Of a stretch of 64,000 bases of DNA, positions 42,257-52,281 are shown one piece after another (position 1 is the first letter of the stretch; each line of letters begins with the position of its first letter). Both the position numbers and the translations under genes were made by a program. Where the stretch lies: positions 1-64,000 of the forward strand of contig CAWHCF010000049.1 of assembly GCA_963827655.1 (NCBI GenBank), given 5' to 3'. A model generated the notes under the pieces. The model searched no databases. It was given only the letters and a program-made list of their open reading frames with translations, and was not told the origin of the DNA. This DNA is from an uncultured Acidobacteriota bacterium (GTDB taxonomy: Bacteria > Acidobacteriota > UBA6911).

Positions 42257-42744
42257 TGCGAATCCTGGGGATTGATCCCGGATGCGGATTCACAGGTTAC
42301 GGCATCATCGAAACTGACGGTTCTCAACACGCCCCGATCCTCTTCGGCGCCATACAGACCCGGGCGCGTCAGCCTTTACAAGAACGGCTCCTCACAATCT
42401 ACACCGGCTTGAACCGTATTCTCGCTTCAGAAGAAGTTCACGTGGTCGCGATTGAAGAGGTCTTTCATGCGGCAAACGTCCAGTCGGCAATAAAACTGGG
42501 TCAGGCGCGCGGCGTCGCGCTGCTGGCCGCCGGGGAGCGCCATCTTCCTGTCTTCGAATACTCAGCGCTGGAAATCAAGAGCTCCATTGTCGGGTATGGC
42601 CGCGCGGAAAAGGGCCAGGTCCAAGCCATGGTCCGCTTCATCCTCAAATTACCGGAGGTCCCTAAACCCGATGCGGCCGATGCCCTGGCGGTAGCCATTT
42701 GCCACAGCCACCTTTGTTTTACTCGCATTGCTGCGGCTCGGTAA
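42256..42744 (+). CDS. ruvC: Holliday junction resolvase
   Basis: ILGIDPG, LGQARG, GYGRAEK, DAADALA. Confidence 0.96.
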   Translation: MRILGIDPGCGFTGYGIIETDGSQHAPILFGAIQTRARQPLQERLLTIYTGLNRILASEEVHVVAIEEVFHAANVQSAIKLGQARGVALLAAGERHLPVFEYSALEIKSSIVGYGRAEKGQVQAMVRFILKLPEVPKPDAADALAVAICHSHLCFTRIAAAR

Positions 42745-42795
42745 TCGGTCGTAGTCAGTCCTCTGGGTGTCTTTGCAATCTTCGTGGCAGGGAGT

Positions 42796-43599
42796 CTAGG
42801 TGATTGCCATGCCGGCGTATCCCACGACCCGGTCGTTGTCGCCGCTTGCGTCGCCGGAATTAGCGTAGCGAATCAGAATTCCTTGCGAACATCCGAGATC
42901 CCGGCAAGCGGTCAAGGCGGCAACGGTCGGAGCGAAGCCGCACATGCTGATGTTTTTCTCTCGAACAACCTGGAACAAGCCGGCGGGATCGACTGCGAGT
43001 ACCTGTTCTATGGCGTATCGGTCTTTGCGGGCGCCCACGGCAGCGGATTCGTAATGATTCATATCGGAACTGGAGATGATGAGCACAGGATCGGGAACTG
43101 ATGCGAGCACGCGGGCCAGCGCATGTCCCAGTTCCTCGAGCGTCGGGTAGCTGGTTGTACCGACGCAAATCGCCGAGAATTTGAAGCCGGTTACCAGCGT
43201 CTGAAGAAACGGAATTTGAACTTCCAATGAGTGTTCCTGCGCATGCGCGGTCCAGTCTTCCTGCAGCATCGGGCATTCCTTCAACAGCATGCCGTTCAAT
43301 TCAGAATCGATCGCGGCCAATCCCAGCGGAGTGCGCCACTGTCCGGAAGGGTATAGAGAGAGCGGAGACCCGATTCCGGTGTGATTAGGGCCCAGGATGA
43401 TGAACCGATCAGGCACCCGGACGTAGCTGAAAACGGCCCCCGCTACGCCTCCCGAGTAAATGTATCCTGCATGTGGTGACAGTACGGCTCTGGCCTTGAC
43501 CGGATTTACCGGCGGCTGAAGCAACGACTGGAGTGTGCGTGTGAGATCTTTCGGATCTGCGGAATAGAATTGGCCCGCTACGGCGGGTTCTCGAATCAT
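42796..43599 (-). CDS. AmmeMemoRadiSam system protein B (MEMO1 family)
   Basis: R.PAVAG.FY, PHAGY.YSG, EHSLEVQ.PFLQ, SSD..HY, MCG. Confidence 0.93.
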   Translation of the reverse strand: MIREPAVAGQFYSADPKDLTRTLQSLLQPPVNPVKARAVLSPHAGYIYSGGVAGAVFSYVRVPDRFIILGPNHTGIGSPLSLYPSGQWRTPLGLAAIDSELNGMLLKECPMLQEDWTAHAQEHSLEVQIPFLQTLVTGFKFSAICVGTTSYPTLEELGHALARVLASVPDPVLIISSSDMNHYESAAVGARKDRYAIEQVLAVDPAGLFQVVREKNISMCGFAPTVAALTACRDLGCSQGILIRYANSGDASGDNDRVVGYAGMAIT

Positions 43600-43686
43600 G
43601 TCAGTGACTGCTTTCCACTTGCAGGGCAGACGTTCTTCTCTGTGGTAGTATGCTCCAACTCATTCGCCAGTCAAGGAGGGATCTCG

Positions 43687-44330
43687 ATGAGAATAAGGCC
43701 GCTTTTTCCCGCTCTTGTGTGCTGGATCCTGCTCGTGGTTGGATGCGCTGACAAGAAGACCGAGTCGGGTGAGCGTGGCTCTCCTGCCCCGGCCGAGCCC
43801 AAGGCGTCACCGCCGGCGGCGGAGGGAGAAGAGGTCGCGGTGATCGAAACGGGTTCTGGAAAGATCACCCTCCGCTTCCATGATGCCGCGGCCCCCAAAA
43901 CAGTCGCGGAGTTCAAGCGACTGGTCAGCAGGAAGTTCTACGATGGGACTACGTTTCACCGCGTCGTCCCGGGACGCCTGATCCAGGGGGGCGATCCACT
44001 GTCGCGCGACGCCAATCCGTATAATGATGGGACCGGCAATTCCGGAATCCAGCTGCCGGCGGAGTTCAGCAAGCTCCAATTCAAGGAGGGGACAGTCGGA
44101 CTGGCGCGGGGTGAGGTGATCCGAACTCCGGCTCGTGCCAGTTCTTTATTTGCCTCGCGAGGAACCGCCCCTGGGATGGCAAGTACACCGCATTTGCCGA
44201 GGTGATCGACGGAATCGATGTAGCCAGGCAAATCTCGCAGGCTCAGACCAATCCTAAGGCGCCGGCCCGGAACAAGGAGCGGCCCATCCGCGAACAGACT
44301 ATCGCGAAGGTTCGCCTGGAGCGCCGCTAA
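43687..44330 (+). CDS. Cyclophilin-type peptidyl-prolyl isomerase lipoprotein; frameshift about 44115
   Basis: Lipobox VVGC; FHRVVPG..IQGGDP; NSG.CQFFI, DGKYT.F after the shift. Confidence 0.88.
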
Positions 44331-44332
44331 CA

Positions 44333-44503
44333 ATTGCAGATTGCGCCGATTGCGGATTGCGAGATTGCGGATTGCAAGCATTGACCACGATGGCGAGATC
44401 GACCCGCAATCGCAGGAGTTCTTTTCGGAGATTCATTTGGCATCTTTGCACTAATCCAACTCGTGGCACCCAATCTGCAATCCGAAATCCGCAATCCGCA
44501 ATC
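44333..44503. repeat. Inverted pair of heptamer arrays (GATTGCG)n ... (CGCAATC)n
   Basis: About 44333-44376 and 44471-44503, between convergent genes. Confidence 0.85.
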
Positions 44504-44507
44504 GAAG

Positions 44508-45548
44508 CTACCACTTCCACAAATCCCCGACGTGCTTCTTCGCCTGGTCGGAGATCTGGTGTAAGAGCGGGGTCTCTGAGACGGAGAGCTCGCGCGCTTT
44601 GTCCGCTTCCATCTCGGCCAGGACCGCCTGCGTGCATTCCTGGAGCCCTTGCATGCTGTAGCCCCCCTCCAGGACGAAGCAGATCTTGCCGTCGCAGCAC
44701 GCCTCCGCCGCCTTGATCAGCGACGCAGCCACCGAAGCGTAGCCTTTGGCCGTTGCCGCAAGGCCTCCGAGCGGATCCTGAAAGTAGGCATCGAATCCCG
44801 CGGACACCAGGATAAATTGCGGCCGGTACTGCTGCAGAATCGGATTCACGATCCGTGAGTAGAGCGGAACCAGAGTTTCATCTCCGGTTCCGGCCGGGAG
44901 CGGAAAGTTAATCGTGTAGCCTTTCCCTTCATTCAAACCTATCTCGTCGAAGTCTCCAGTTCCGGGATAGTAAGGATACTGGTGAGATGAGATATAGAGC
45001 ACGCCGGGTTCGCGGTAATAGCACGCCTGGGTGCCATTTCCATGATGAAGGTCAATATCCACAATGGCGACGCGATTGAGATGATAGGCGTGGCGAGCAT
45101 AGGCCGCTGCGACTGCGACATTGTTGAACAGGCAGAAGCCCATCGGCTTGTCAGGCTCCGCGTGATGTCCCGGCGGGCGAACGAAGGCGAAAGCTCGCCT
45201 CAGATTTCCAGAACAGATTTCCTCGACGCATTTCAAAACCCCTCCTGCGGCAAAAAGCCCGATGCGATAGCTCTCGGCTGAGACCACGGTGTCTGGATCG
45301 AGATGGAAGGGCGCTCTCCGGGCAGCCTTTTCTATGCGTTCAACGTGACCGGGACGATGGACCAATTCCAGCTCCTCCAATCGCGCGGGCCGTGGCTCAA
45401 TCCGCTGCCATCGCTGGTCAGCGCCGTGGGACGCCAGGCCCTTGTCGATTGCCTTGAGCCTTCGAGGCGACTCAGGATGGCGGCTTCCCGGATCATGCAA
45501 GAGGTAAAGGTCATCCAGGAGGAATCCATGGTTCTTTTTTGCATCCAT
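44508..45548 (-). CDS. Histone deacetylase family (AcuC/AphA-like) amidohydrolase
   Basis: HPE.P.RL, RPPGHHA, GFCLFNN, D.D.HHGNGTQ, LEGGY. Confidence 0.95.
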   Translation of the reverse strand: MDAKKNHGFLLDDLYLLHDPGSRHPESPRRLKAIDKGLASHGADQRWQRIEPRPARLEELELVHRPGHVERIEKAARRAPFHLDPDTVVSAESYRIGLFAAGGVLKCVEEICSGNLRRAFAFVRPPGHHAEPDKPMGFCLFNNVAVAAAYARHAYHLNRVAIVDIDLHHGNGTQACYYREPGVLYISSHQYPYYPGTGDFDEIGLNEGKGYTINFPLPAGTGDETLVPLYSRIVNPILQQYRPQFILVSAGFDAYFQDPLGGLAATAKGYASVAASLIKAAEACCDGKICFVLEGGYSMQGLQECTQAVLAEMEADKARELSVSETPLLHQISDQAKKHVGDLWKW

Positions 45549-45626
45549 CGTCAGGTCTCCCACAGCCGGGGCTGCGCACTGCGAGGCCGGCGGCCCCGCA
45601 GGCCTACCCTAACCCCCGGGGTCTGC

Positions 45627-45664
45627 AAAAAAAGCCGACCACGTCCACGTGCTCGTGGTTGGCT
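45627..45664 (-). terminator. Intrinsic terminator between nuoF and HDAC gene
   Basis: agccaaccacg...cgtggtcggc hairpin followed by T7 on the minus strand. Confidence 0.75.
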
Positions 45665-45822
45665 GTCGTTGTTGTTCGAGGTTGCGTCTCGCAGCCATCA
45701 GGCGCCGAGGGTGTGATCGTTGGAACCTCAATCAAAGACACCCCAATGTCCAGACTCCGGAGCTCTTCGAGACTGGCCATCGAGCCGGCGCTCGAAGCGC
45801 ACATATTGTTTCCGCACAGAGC

Positions 45823-47085
45823 CTAGGCTACGACGCAGCGCTGCTGCCTGATGTGGCCGGCGAATTCATCGTAGAATTTCTGAATGTAGCTCTCCACGGG
45901 CATCGCGGCGGCGTCGGAGAGAGGGCAGATTGTGCGGCCCTTCATTTGAATGCAGATATCAAGCAGGGTTTCCAGCTCACCCGGGCGGCCTTTCCCATTC
46001 TCGATCCGGTCGAGAATCTGGTAGAGCCACTCCGTTCCTTCGCGGCACTGAGTGCATTGACCGCACGATTCCTCGGCATAGAATCGCGTGATTCTCCGCA
46101 CAGCCTTTACCATGCACGTGGTTTCGTCCATCACGACCACGCCTGCCGAGCCGAGAAGGCTGCCGGCCTTGGCCACGGAATCGAAGTCCATGCGCACGTC
46201 AACCTGGTCCGCCGTGAAGATCGGCACCGAAGAGCCGCCAGGAATGATAGCTTTGAGCTTCCGTCCCCCGCGGATCCCGCCGCAGTGATCGTAGATGAGC
46301 TCCCTCAGAGTAACGGTCATCGGAAACTCATAAACGCCCGGCTTGTTGACGTGCCCGCTGACCCCATAGAGCCGTGTTCCGGTGTTCCTTTCGACCCCGA
46401 TCGCCGCAAACCAGTCGGGACCATTGTTGATGATATGCGGCACATTAGCCAGGGTCTCCACGTTGTTGATGACCGTGGGACACTTGTACAAACCGACCAC
46501 CGCGGGAAATGGAGGTTTGAGCCGGGGATGACCGCGTTTTCCTTCGAGCGACTCGAGCAGCGCGGTTTCTTCTCCGCAGATGTAGGCGCCCGCCCCGCGA
46601 TGCAGCACCAACTCCAGGTCGTATCCCGAGCCCAGGATGTTCTTCCCGAGGTAGCCCCGGGCACCAGCCTCTTCGATTGCCGTCTGGAGGACGCGGGCTC
46701 CGTAGAAGAACTCGCCGCGAATGTAGATGAAGGCTTGATGGCAGCCGAGCGCATAGGCCGCGATGATGGTGCCCTCCAGCATCTGGTGAGGGTCTTTTTC
46801 GATTATCAGCCTGTCCTTGAAGGTTCCGGGTTCGCTCTCATCGGCGTTGACGCAAAGATAGATGGGCTTCCCGGTGTTTTTCGGAACAAAACCCCACTTA
46901 ACTCCCGTGGGAAAACCTGCTCCTCCCCGTCCACGCAGACCCGATTTCTTGACGATTTCAGTGATCTCAGCCGGCTGGAGCGTCAGGGCCTTGCGCAATC
47001 CCTGATATCCACCGACCGACTCGTAGACGTCGATGCTGGGGAGATTCGGAATATGCATATTCCGTGTCAAGATTTTGATCGACAT
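45823..47085 (-). CDS. nuoF: NADH-quinone oxidoreductase subunit F
   Basis: GLRGRGGAGFPTG, NADESEPG, GAGAYICGEETAL, ESCGQC..CREG. Confidence 0.95.
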   Translation of the reverse strand: MSIKILTRNMHIPNLPSIDVYESVGGYQGLRKALTLQPAEITEIVKKSGLRGRGGAGFPTGVKWGFVPKNTGKPIYLCVNADESEPGTFKDRLIIEKDPHQMLEGTIIAAYALGCHQAFIYIRGEFFYGARVLQTAIEEAGARGYLGKNILGSGYDLELVLHRGAGAYICGEETALLESLEGKRGHPRLKPPFPAVVGLYKCPTVINNVETLANVPHIINNGPDWFAAIGVERNTGTRLYGVSGHVNKPGVYEFPMTVTLRELIYDHCGGIRGGRKLKAIIPGGSSVPIFTADQVDVRMDFDSVAKAGSLLGSAGVVVMDETTCMVKAVRRITRFYAEESCGQCTQCREGTEWLYQILDRIENGKGRPGELETLLDICIQMKGRTICPLSDAAAMPVESYIQKFYDEFAGHIRQQRCVVA

Positions 47086-47231
47086 CGCCCTTTTCCGCGT
47101 AAAAGGAAGCATGATACCACTAAGACTCAAAGACGCGAAGAAACGCTGAAAGCCGTGTCATGGTTATCTTGATTGCCGGGTGGTATCATTTCCAGCATCG
47201 GAACCAGAACGTCTAGAGGCAGGAAACTCCC

Positions 47232-48122
47232 ATGGTCCCAGCCGAAGCGCTCGGCGAGATTCGCGAAGCGTACGAGCGCTGCCAATTGCGCTATCCGACG
47301 ATTCGTCTGGATTTTGAGCTATTCCTCGCGCGCATCCAGGAGATCGTTGGTGAAGCCGCAGCAGCAACGGGCAGCACAGCCGTCACCGATTGCCACAGCT
47401 GGCTGCTGGTGTTCAGCGGGCTTCACCACGAGGATCTCTTTCTTGCATTGGCGTGTGTTCAAGGAGATCGCGTAGCCTGGGAGTGCTTTGCCGAAAGCTT
47501 CCTTCCTCTCATGCGCCGGTTTGCCGCCGGGGCGTGCAGGAACGTGGAAGAACGGGAAGACCTGGCCCAGGAGATCATGACTGGGCTGATGGCCGGCGCC
47601 GAAGCGGAACAGGGCACGAAACTGGCGAGGTACAATGGGCGCGGTTCGCTGGCCGGATGGTTGCGGGTCACGGTGGCGCATGCAGCCATTGACCGGTTGC
47701 GGCGGTCGAAGCGGCAGGTCTCGCTCGAAGAAATGCTCGAGCGCGGGAGGGAGCCCGCGGCAGGGAATAGCGCGCCACACTATCGCGAAGAGGAAAAGCT
47801 GGATTCCCGTTGGGGCACCGTCCTTGCGGAGCTACTGGCGCAAGAAATCGAACGCCTGACCTCTCGCGACCGGCTTCTGCTCGGACTCTATTACCTGGAT
47901 GGCGTCCCGTTGAAAATGATCGGCATGCAGTTCGGTGTTCACGAAGCTACCGCCTCACGCTGGCTGGAAACTCTGCGCAGGAATATCCGCAAGCAGGTGG
48001 AGAAGCAACTCAGGAAAAAGTATCGCATGAGTTCGCGAGACCTTCGATCCGTGTGGCGCTGGGCCTCCGAGGAAGGAGCGCCTTCGCTCGAAGGACTGCT
48101 GGTTCAGTCCAGCGAACAATAG
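47232..48122 (+). CDS. ECF-type sigma-70 factor with N-terminal extension
   Basis: DLFLA.AC..GD..AW, Y.GRGSL.GWL, region 4 GVHEATASRW. Confidence 0.85.
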   Translation: MVPAEALGEIREAYERCQLRYPTIRLDFELFLARIQEIVGEAAAATGSTAVTDCHSWLLVFSGLHHEDLFLALACVQGDRVAWECFAESFLPLMRRFAAGACRNVEEREDLAQEIMTGLMAGAEAEQGTKLARYNGRGSLAGWLRVTVAHAAIDRLRRSKRQVSLEEMLERGREPAAGNSAPHYREEEKLDSRWGTVLAELLAQEIERLTSRDRLLLGLYYLDGVPLKMIGMQFGVHEATASRWLETLRRNIRKQVEKQLRKKYRMSSRDLRSVWRWASEEGAPSLEGLLVQSSEQ

Positions 48123-48259
48123 GACGAATGGGAGCCTTTTGGCCAAAATAAGATGCAAGTCACGGATGGTCCGGCGTCCTTGCATTGTGGAACGGCCCTA
48201 ACCACGAAGACACGAAGACGCTAAGAAAAAAAATCGAATCGCGTAATAATTATTGAGTC

Positions 48260-49450
48260 ATGCAACCCAAGAAGGATTCTCGGATTGATTCAGTCTTGAG
48301 GAAAGCCCTGGCCGGGCGCGTCACCAAGGGTTCGGGCGATTGTCCCGATGAAAACATTGTGACGATGTACCTGGAAAGCCGGCTCGACCCGGCCCAGCGA
48401 GCCCACTACGAAGGTCATGCTTCCAGCTGTCGTCAGTGCCATCAGGTCCTGGCCCTTGCCATGAAGCTGGCTGCCGGCGACGAGAATGAGCCGAGCGCCA
48501 CGGTGAGCGCCGGGCATGCTCATCTTTCGCTTCGCTTTTGGCTCCCGGTGTCTGCGGTTGCCATCGTCGTTCTGGCCATCGGAGTCCTGGTCTTTCAACA
48601 AATGAGGGGCCCGCGCAAGGATGCGGAAATTGCCGAGTATCGGACTTCGGCATCCCGAGAGGCGCAGCCTGCCGTCGACCCGGCGGCACGTACCGAGGAT
48701 CTGAGTCCGGCGGTCTCTGAATTGAGGCAGGACGCGTCTCCATCCGCGGGAAGCAAGAAGGCAGTTCCGGCGTCGAAGCGTTTGACAGGCACCGGCGCCC
48801 AGGCGGAGAAACCCCGCGACCAACTTGCGTCCCAGAGGCTGCCATCCCAGAGGGCCTTGTCCGCCGCACCGCCTGCGGTTGCTGCGCCCACGGCTGAGAG
48901 TCAAAAGGAGGCGCTACCCGCCGTGGCGGGAATCAGCGCGCCGCGGCCCGACAACGCAGCATTGGATGCCGCCGGTCGTGGAATTACAAGCGGGACTGGA
49001 ATTCAAGCGAAGAGGATCGAGTCTCCCCAGGCAGTTCTGGCCGCCTTCTCCCAGCAGTTTTTGTCAGACCAGGCGTATGTGAGCCCTCTCCGTCTCCAGG
49101 ATCAAACGCCTCCGAGAAGCGCATCAGCGCTCAAGACCGCGCCCGCGTCCAAAAAGGATAGTACTCAAGCTAGCGAGGGGGTGGCCGCGAAGATCGAGGA
49201 ACCGGAAGTCGAATTGAAGTTGAAGGTTAATGCCCACAAGCAGCTTGGAGACAAAGTCTTCTACCTGGTTTCAGGATACTGGATCGACGCAGAGTGCGGC
49301 AAACATCCCCGCGACCGAGTAGTTGAAATATCAGAAGGGGACACGGGATTTGAGCAGATGCGAGAGGCTTTCCCCGGAATCACTGAGCTGCGCTCTTCCA
49401 AGACGCCCGTCTTGATTCATTGGAACGGTAAGAACTATCTGATTCAGTAG
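48260..49450 (+). CDS. Zinc-finger (ZAS) anti-sigma membrane protein
   Basis: CPDE...HASSCRQC motif, TM helix, Pro/Ala-rich linker, small C-terminal domain. Confidence 0.8.
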   Translation: MQPKKDSRIDSVLRKALAGRVTKGSGDCPDENIVTMYLESRLDPAQRAHYEGHASSCRQCHQVLALAMKLAAGDENEPSATVSAGHAHLSLRFWLPVSAVAIVVLAIGVLVFQQMRGPRKDAEIAEYRTSASREAQPAVDPAARTEDLSPAVSELRQDASPSAGSKKAVPASKRLTGTGAQAEKPRDQLASQRLPSQRALSAAPPAVAAPTAESQKEALPAVAGISAPRPDNAALDAAGRGITSGTGIQAKRIESPQAVLAAFSQQFLSDQAYVSPLRLQDQTPPRSASALKTAPASKKDSTQASEGVAAKIEEPEVELKLKVNAHKQLGDKVFYLVSGYWIDAECGKHPRDRVVEISEGDTGFEQMREAFPGITELRSSKTPVLIHWNGKNYLIQ

Positions 49451-49511
49451 GCAGTAGTCAGTGAGCAGGTTTTCATCGCTGCTGACTTTCTACTTTTTTA
49501 CTTTCTACTTT

Positions 49512-50117
49512 CTACTGCTTTCTCCCCACCCGAACCTGGGCGGGTCTCAGGAGTTGGTCGCCAAGCTTGTAACCGCGCAGGACCTCCTCGACCACCTGTC
49601 CGTCTTTATTCTCATCGGATACCGCGATCACTCCGAGGGCCTGATGCAGATTGGGATCGAAGGGCTGATCGAGAACGGGGATCGCCTCGACGCCCTGCTC
49701 CTGGAGCTTTGAGCGAAACGCATTGACGGTCATTTCCACGCCCTGGAGCAGGTCTTCCGTCTTGCCTCCAGCCTCCGCCGCTTCGATAGCTCTTTCCAGG
49801 TTGTCGAGCACATCCAGGAAAGAGAGAAGCAGTTTTTGCTTGTGGAGCGAGACCTTTCGTTCGTAGTCGGCCTCCAGACGGGTCCTCATTTTCCCGATCT
49901 CGGCGTCGACCTGTTTTCTCTTTTCGTCGAAACGACGTTCGGTTTCGGACAGCCTGGCCATGAGTTCCTCTACGACCTTCGGATACCGCGGCTTCTCTTC
50001 GACGGCGGCTTGTGAAGGAGCATTCCCGGGATCGGCGAAATGCCGCTTATCGACGACGCGGAATTCTGCCGGTTGTTCCGTTCCAGACGAGTCGCTTCGG
50101 GAGTCGCTCGATTTCAT
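49512..50117 (-). CDS. grpE: Nucleotide exchange factor GrpE
   Basis: VLDNLERA, FDPNLHQA, GY.LGD.LLRPA.V.V. Confidence 0.93.
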   Translation of the reverse strand: MKSSDSRSDSSGTEQPAEFRVVDKRHFADPGNAPSQAAVEEKPRYPKVVEELMARLSETERRFDEKRKQVDAEIGKMRTRLEADYERKVSLHKQKLLLSFLDVLDNLERAIEAAEAGGKTEDLLQGVEMTVNAFRSKLQEQGVEAIPVLDQPFDPNLHQALGVIAVSDENKDGQVVEEVLRGYKLGDQLLRPAQVRVGRKQ

Positions 50118-50137
50118 CGTAGGATTGCCGCTGCGCG

Positions 50138-50983
50138 TCATACGCGGGATCTTCCCAAGAGTCGTTCAATTCGTTTCTGCAAGGGCGGGTGCGTGCTGAA
50201 GAGGTTCAGCATCGAACGTCCGGAAAACGGATGGACGATGAACATGTGGGCCGTGGAAGGCGAGGCTTCCATGGGAAGGCGCTTGGAGTAGTTTTCGAGC
50301 TTCTGCAGGGCCGACGCCAGGCCGTAAGGATTTCCTACCACCTCCGCTCCACTCGCATCCGCCTGGTACTCGCGAGTCCGCGATATCCACATCTGAATCA
50401 GGAGAGCGGCTATCGGCGCCAGGATCATCGTCATCAGCCCCGCCAGGGCTCCACCTCCGCCTTCCTCGCGATCCCGACCCCCGCCGAAGAATGCTGCGAA
50501 ACGAGCCATGTTGGCGATCCACATAATCGCGCCCGCAAGCGTCGCGGCAATGCTGCTGATCAGTATGTCTCGATTCTTGACATGGGAGATTTCATGGGCG
50601 AGGACTCCCTGCAATTCGTTTTCATCGAGAATGCGGAGGGCTCCCTGGGTCACGGCGACTGAAGCGTGCTCGGGGTTTCGCCCGGTTGCAAACGCATTGG
50701 GTGAATCGGATGGGATCAGGTACAGCTTGGGCATGGGCATCCCCGCCCGGCTGCACAAATATTCCACCATCTCGTAGAGTCGAGGAGCTTCCTCTCGACT
50801 GACCGGCTTGGCTCCATAGATGCTCAAGGCGATCTTGTCGGAGAAGAAATAGCTCCCAATGTTCATCGCTACGGACATCACCAATGCGAAGGTGAGCCCC
50901 TGTTGGCCCCAGAAGCTGCCTATGAAAAGGATGACGCCCGTGAGGGTACCCAGAAGCAAAACAGTCTTGACGTTATTTACCAT
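50138..50983 (-). CDS. htpX: Zinc metalloprotease HtpX
   Basis: [25 protein letters not shown]. Confidence 0.95.
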   Translation of the reverse strand: MVNNVKTVLLLGTLTGVILFIGSFWGQQGLTFALVMSVAMNIGSYFFSDKIALSIYGAKPVSREEAPRLYEMVEYLCSRAGMPMPKLYLIPSDSPNAFATGRNPEHASVAVTQGALRILDENELQGVLAHEISHVKNRDILISSIAATLAGAIMWIANMARFAAFFGGGRDREEGGGGALAGLMTMILAPIAALLIQMWISRTREYQADASGAEVVGNPYGLASALQKLENYSKRLPMEASPSTAHMFIVHPFSGRSMLNLFSTHPPLQKRIERLLGRSRV

Positions 50984-51065
50984 AGTAGTGAATTCCTGAC
51001 TTCAAATAAGTCCACCCATCGAGCCGATCAGTAGATCGTCAGAATGTTACCACAGCCGATCATAA

Positions 51066-51134
51066 CGATTGACGATTGACGATTGAGTCTGGCGTTGGCT
51101 GTTAGTCTGCAATCGTCAATCGTAAATCGTCAAT
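51066..51134. repeat. Inverted pair of heptamer arrays (CGATTGA)n ... (CAATCGT)n
   Basis: Directly visible. Confidence 0.85.
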
Positions 51135-51142
51135 TCCAAAGA

Positions 51143-51169
51143 GAACGCCCCGCTTTTGGCGGGGCGCTC
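51143..51169. terminator. GC-rich hairpin downstream of hsp20 (possible terminator)
   Basis: gaacgccccgc-tttt-ggcggggcgctc. Confidence 0.5.
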
Positions 51170-51214
51170 GACTTCACTTAAGGTGCCCCGGGCGAGTAGC
51201 GCCCCAGGCGGTCG

Positions 51215-51676
51215 TTAGTTTACGCTCACCGGAATCTCGCGCGGTTTAACCTCCGGTTTTTGCGGAATCGTGACCGTCAATACGCCGCTCTTGTAGTCCG
51301 CCTTGATCTGGTCTCGATCGACTGACTCAGGCAGCGTAAACGACCGGCTGAAGGCGCCGTATAATCGCTCCATCCGGTGATAGTTGTTGCTCTCCTGCTC
51401 GTCTTCCAGTTTCCTCTCCCCTCTCAGGGTGAGGACGTCTCCGTCGAGCTTCAGGTCGATTTCTTTCTCGTTCACTCCAGGCAATTCGGCCCGGAGAATC
51501 AGGTTTCCATCCTTCTCAAGAATGTCGACGGCCGGAGTCCAGCTGCGCGCCGTCTCATGGAACGCGGACCGGAACGGCGATTCGCTGAAGAACTCATCGA
51601 AGAGATTCGGGAAAACAGATCTTTCCGACCAAAGACTGGACGGTTCAGATTTCCGTAACACAGGTATAAACCTCAT
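51215..51676 (-). CDS. Hsp20/alpha-crystallin small heat-shock protein
   Basis: PAVDI.E, ELPG, ER.YG.F.RSF.LP, GVLT. Confidence 0.95.
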   Translation of the reverse strand: MRFIPVLRKSEPSSLWSERSVFPNLFDEFFSESPFRSAFHETARSWTPAVDILEKDGNLILRAELPGVNEKEIDLKLDGDVLTLRGERKLEDEQESNNYHRMERLYGAFSRSFTLPESVDRDQIKADYKSGVLTVTIPQKPEVKPREIPVSVN

Positions 51677-51718
51677 AATCTTTCCTCCCTTTAGGTTCAT
51701 AGCATTTAAGCATGTTCG

Positions 51719-51747
51719 CTTATAGAATCTTAGTCTCTCTTTGTCAA
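51719..51747 (-). promoter_or_regulatory. Sigma-70 promoter of hsp20 with HAIR-like operator
   Basis: TTGACA-17 bp (aagagagactaagattc)-TATAAG. Confidence 0.65.
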
Positions 51748-51762
51748 ATATAGCCGTGAAAA

Positions 51763-52212
51763 TCAGGCGGTGCCGATGCTGATAGCACGCGACCTGGCTT
51801 CCGGCTTCTGGAGAATCGTGATGGTCAGAACGCCGTTTTTGTAGGCGGCTTTGATCTGGTCGCCATCAGCGCCGTCGGGCAGCGTAAACGAGCGCGTGAA
51901 AGTGCCGTAGTGACTCTCAACCTGATGGTAGGTAAAGCCATTGGGGTTTTCAGGCTTCCTCTCACCTTTGATCGTGAGAACCCTACCCTCTAGTTTCAGG
52001 TCGATTCCCTTCTCGTCTACTCCTGGAACTTCAATCCGCAGAATTAAATTGCCATCCTTTTCAATCACGTCGACGGGCGGCTTCCAGGTTTCGTCTCTGA
52101 CTGCAGAGGAACGGACGGCCCAGTCGTTGAAGAAGTCTTCAAATAACCTGAACGGGCTCGGGGGATACGATGGTTGAACGTATTCTGTTTTCGTTGAAGC
52201 GGATTCTCTCAT
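51763..52212 (-). CDS. Hsp20/alpha-crystallin small heat-shock protein
   Basis: PPVDV.E, EVPG, YG.F.RSF.LP, NGVLT. Confidence 0.95.
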   Translation of the reverse strand: MRESASTKTEYVQPSYPPSPFRLFEDFFNDWAVRSSAVRDETWKPPVDVIEKDGNLILRIEVPGVDEKGIDLKLEGRVLTIKGERKPENPNGFTYHQVESHYGTFTRSFTLPDGADGDQIKAAYKNGVLTITILQKPEARSRAISIGTA

Positions 52213-52281
52213 TTTCTATTGGTCTCCTGTCCTTTCGATACTCCGAAGCTGGATTTACTTCCCAAACTTTATGACAACCAC

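Noticed and set aside
45680-45750. TPP or c-di-AMP (ydaO) riboswitch
   Set aside because: Only partial words match (GGGGTG, CCTGAT, GACAGC.AACC); the CTGAGA/CGnAGG or GAATCC/GGAA cores are missing.
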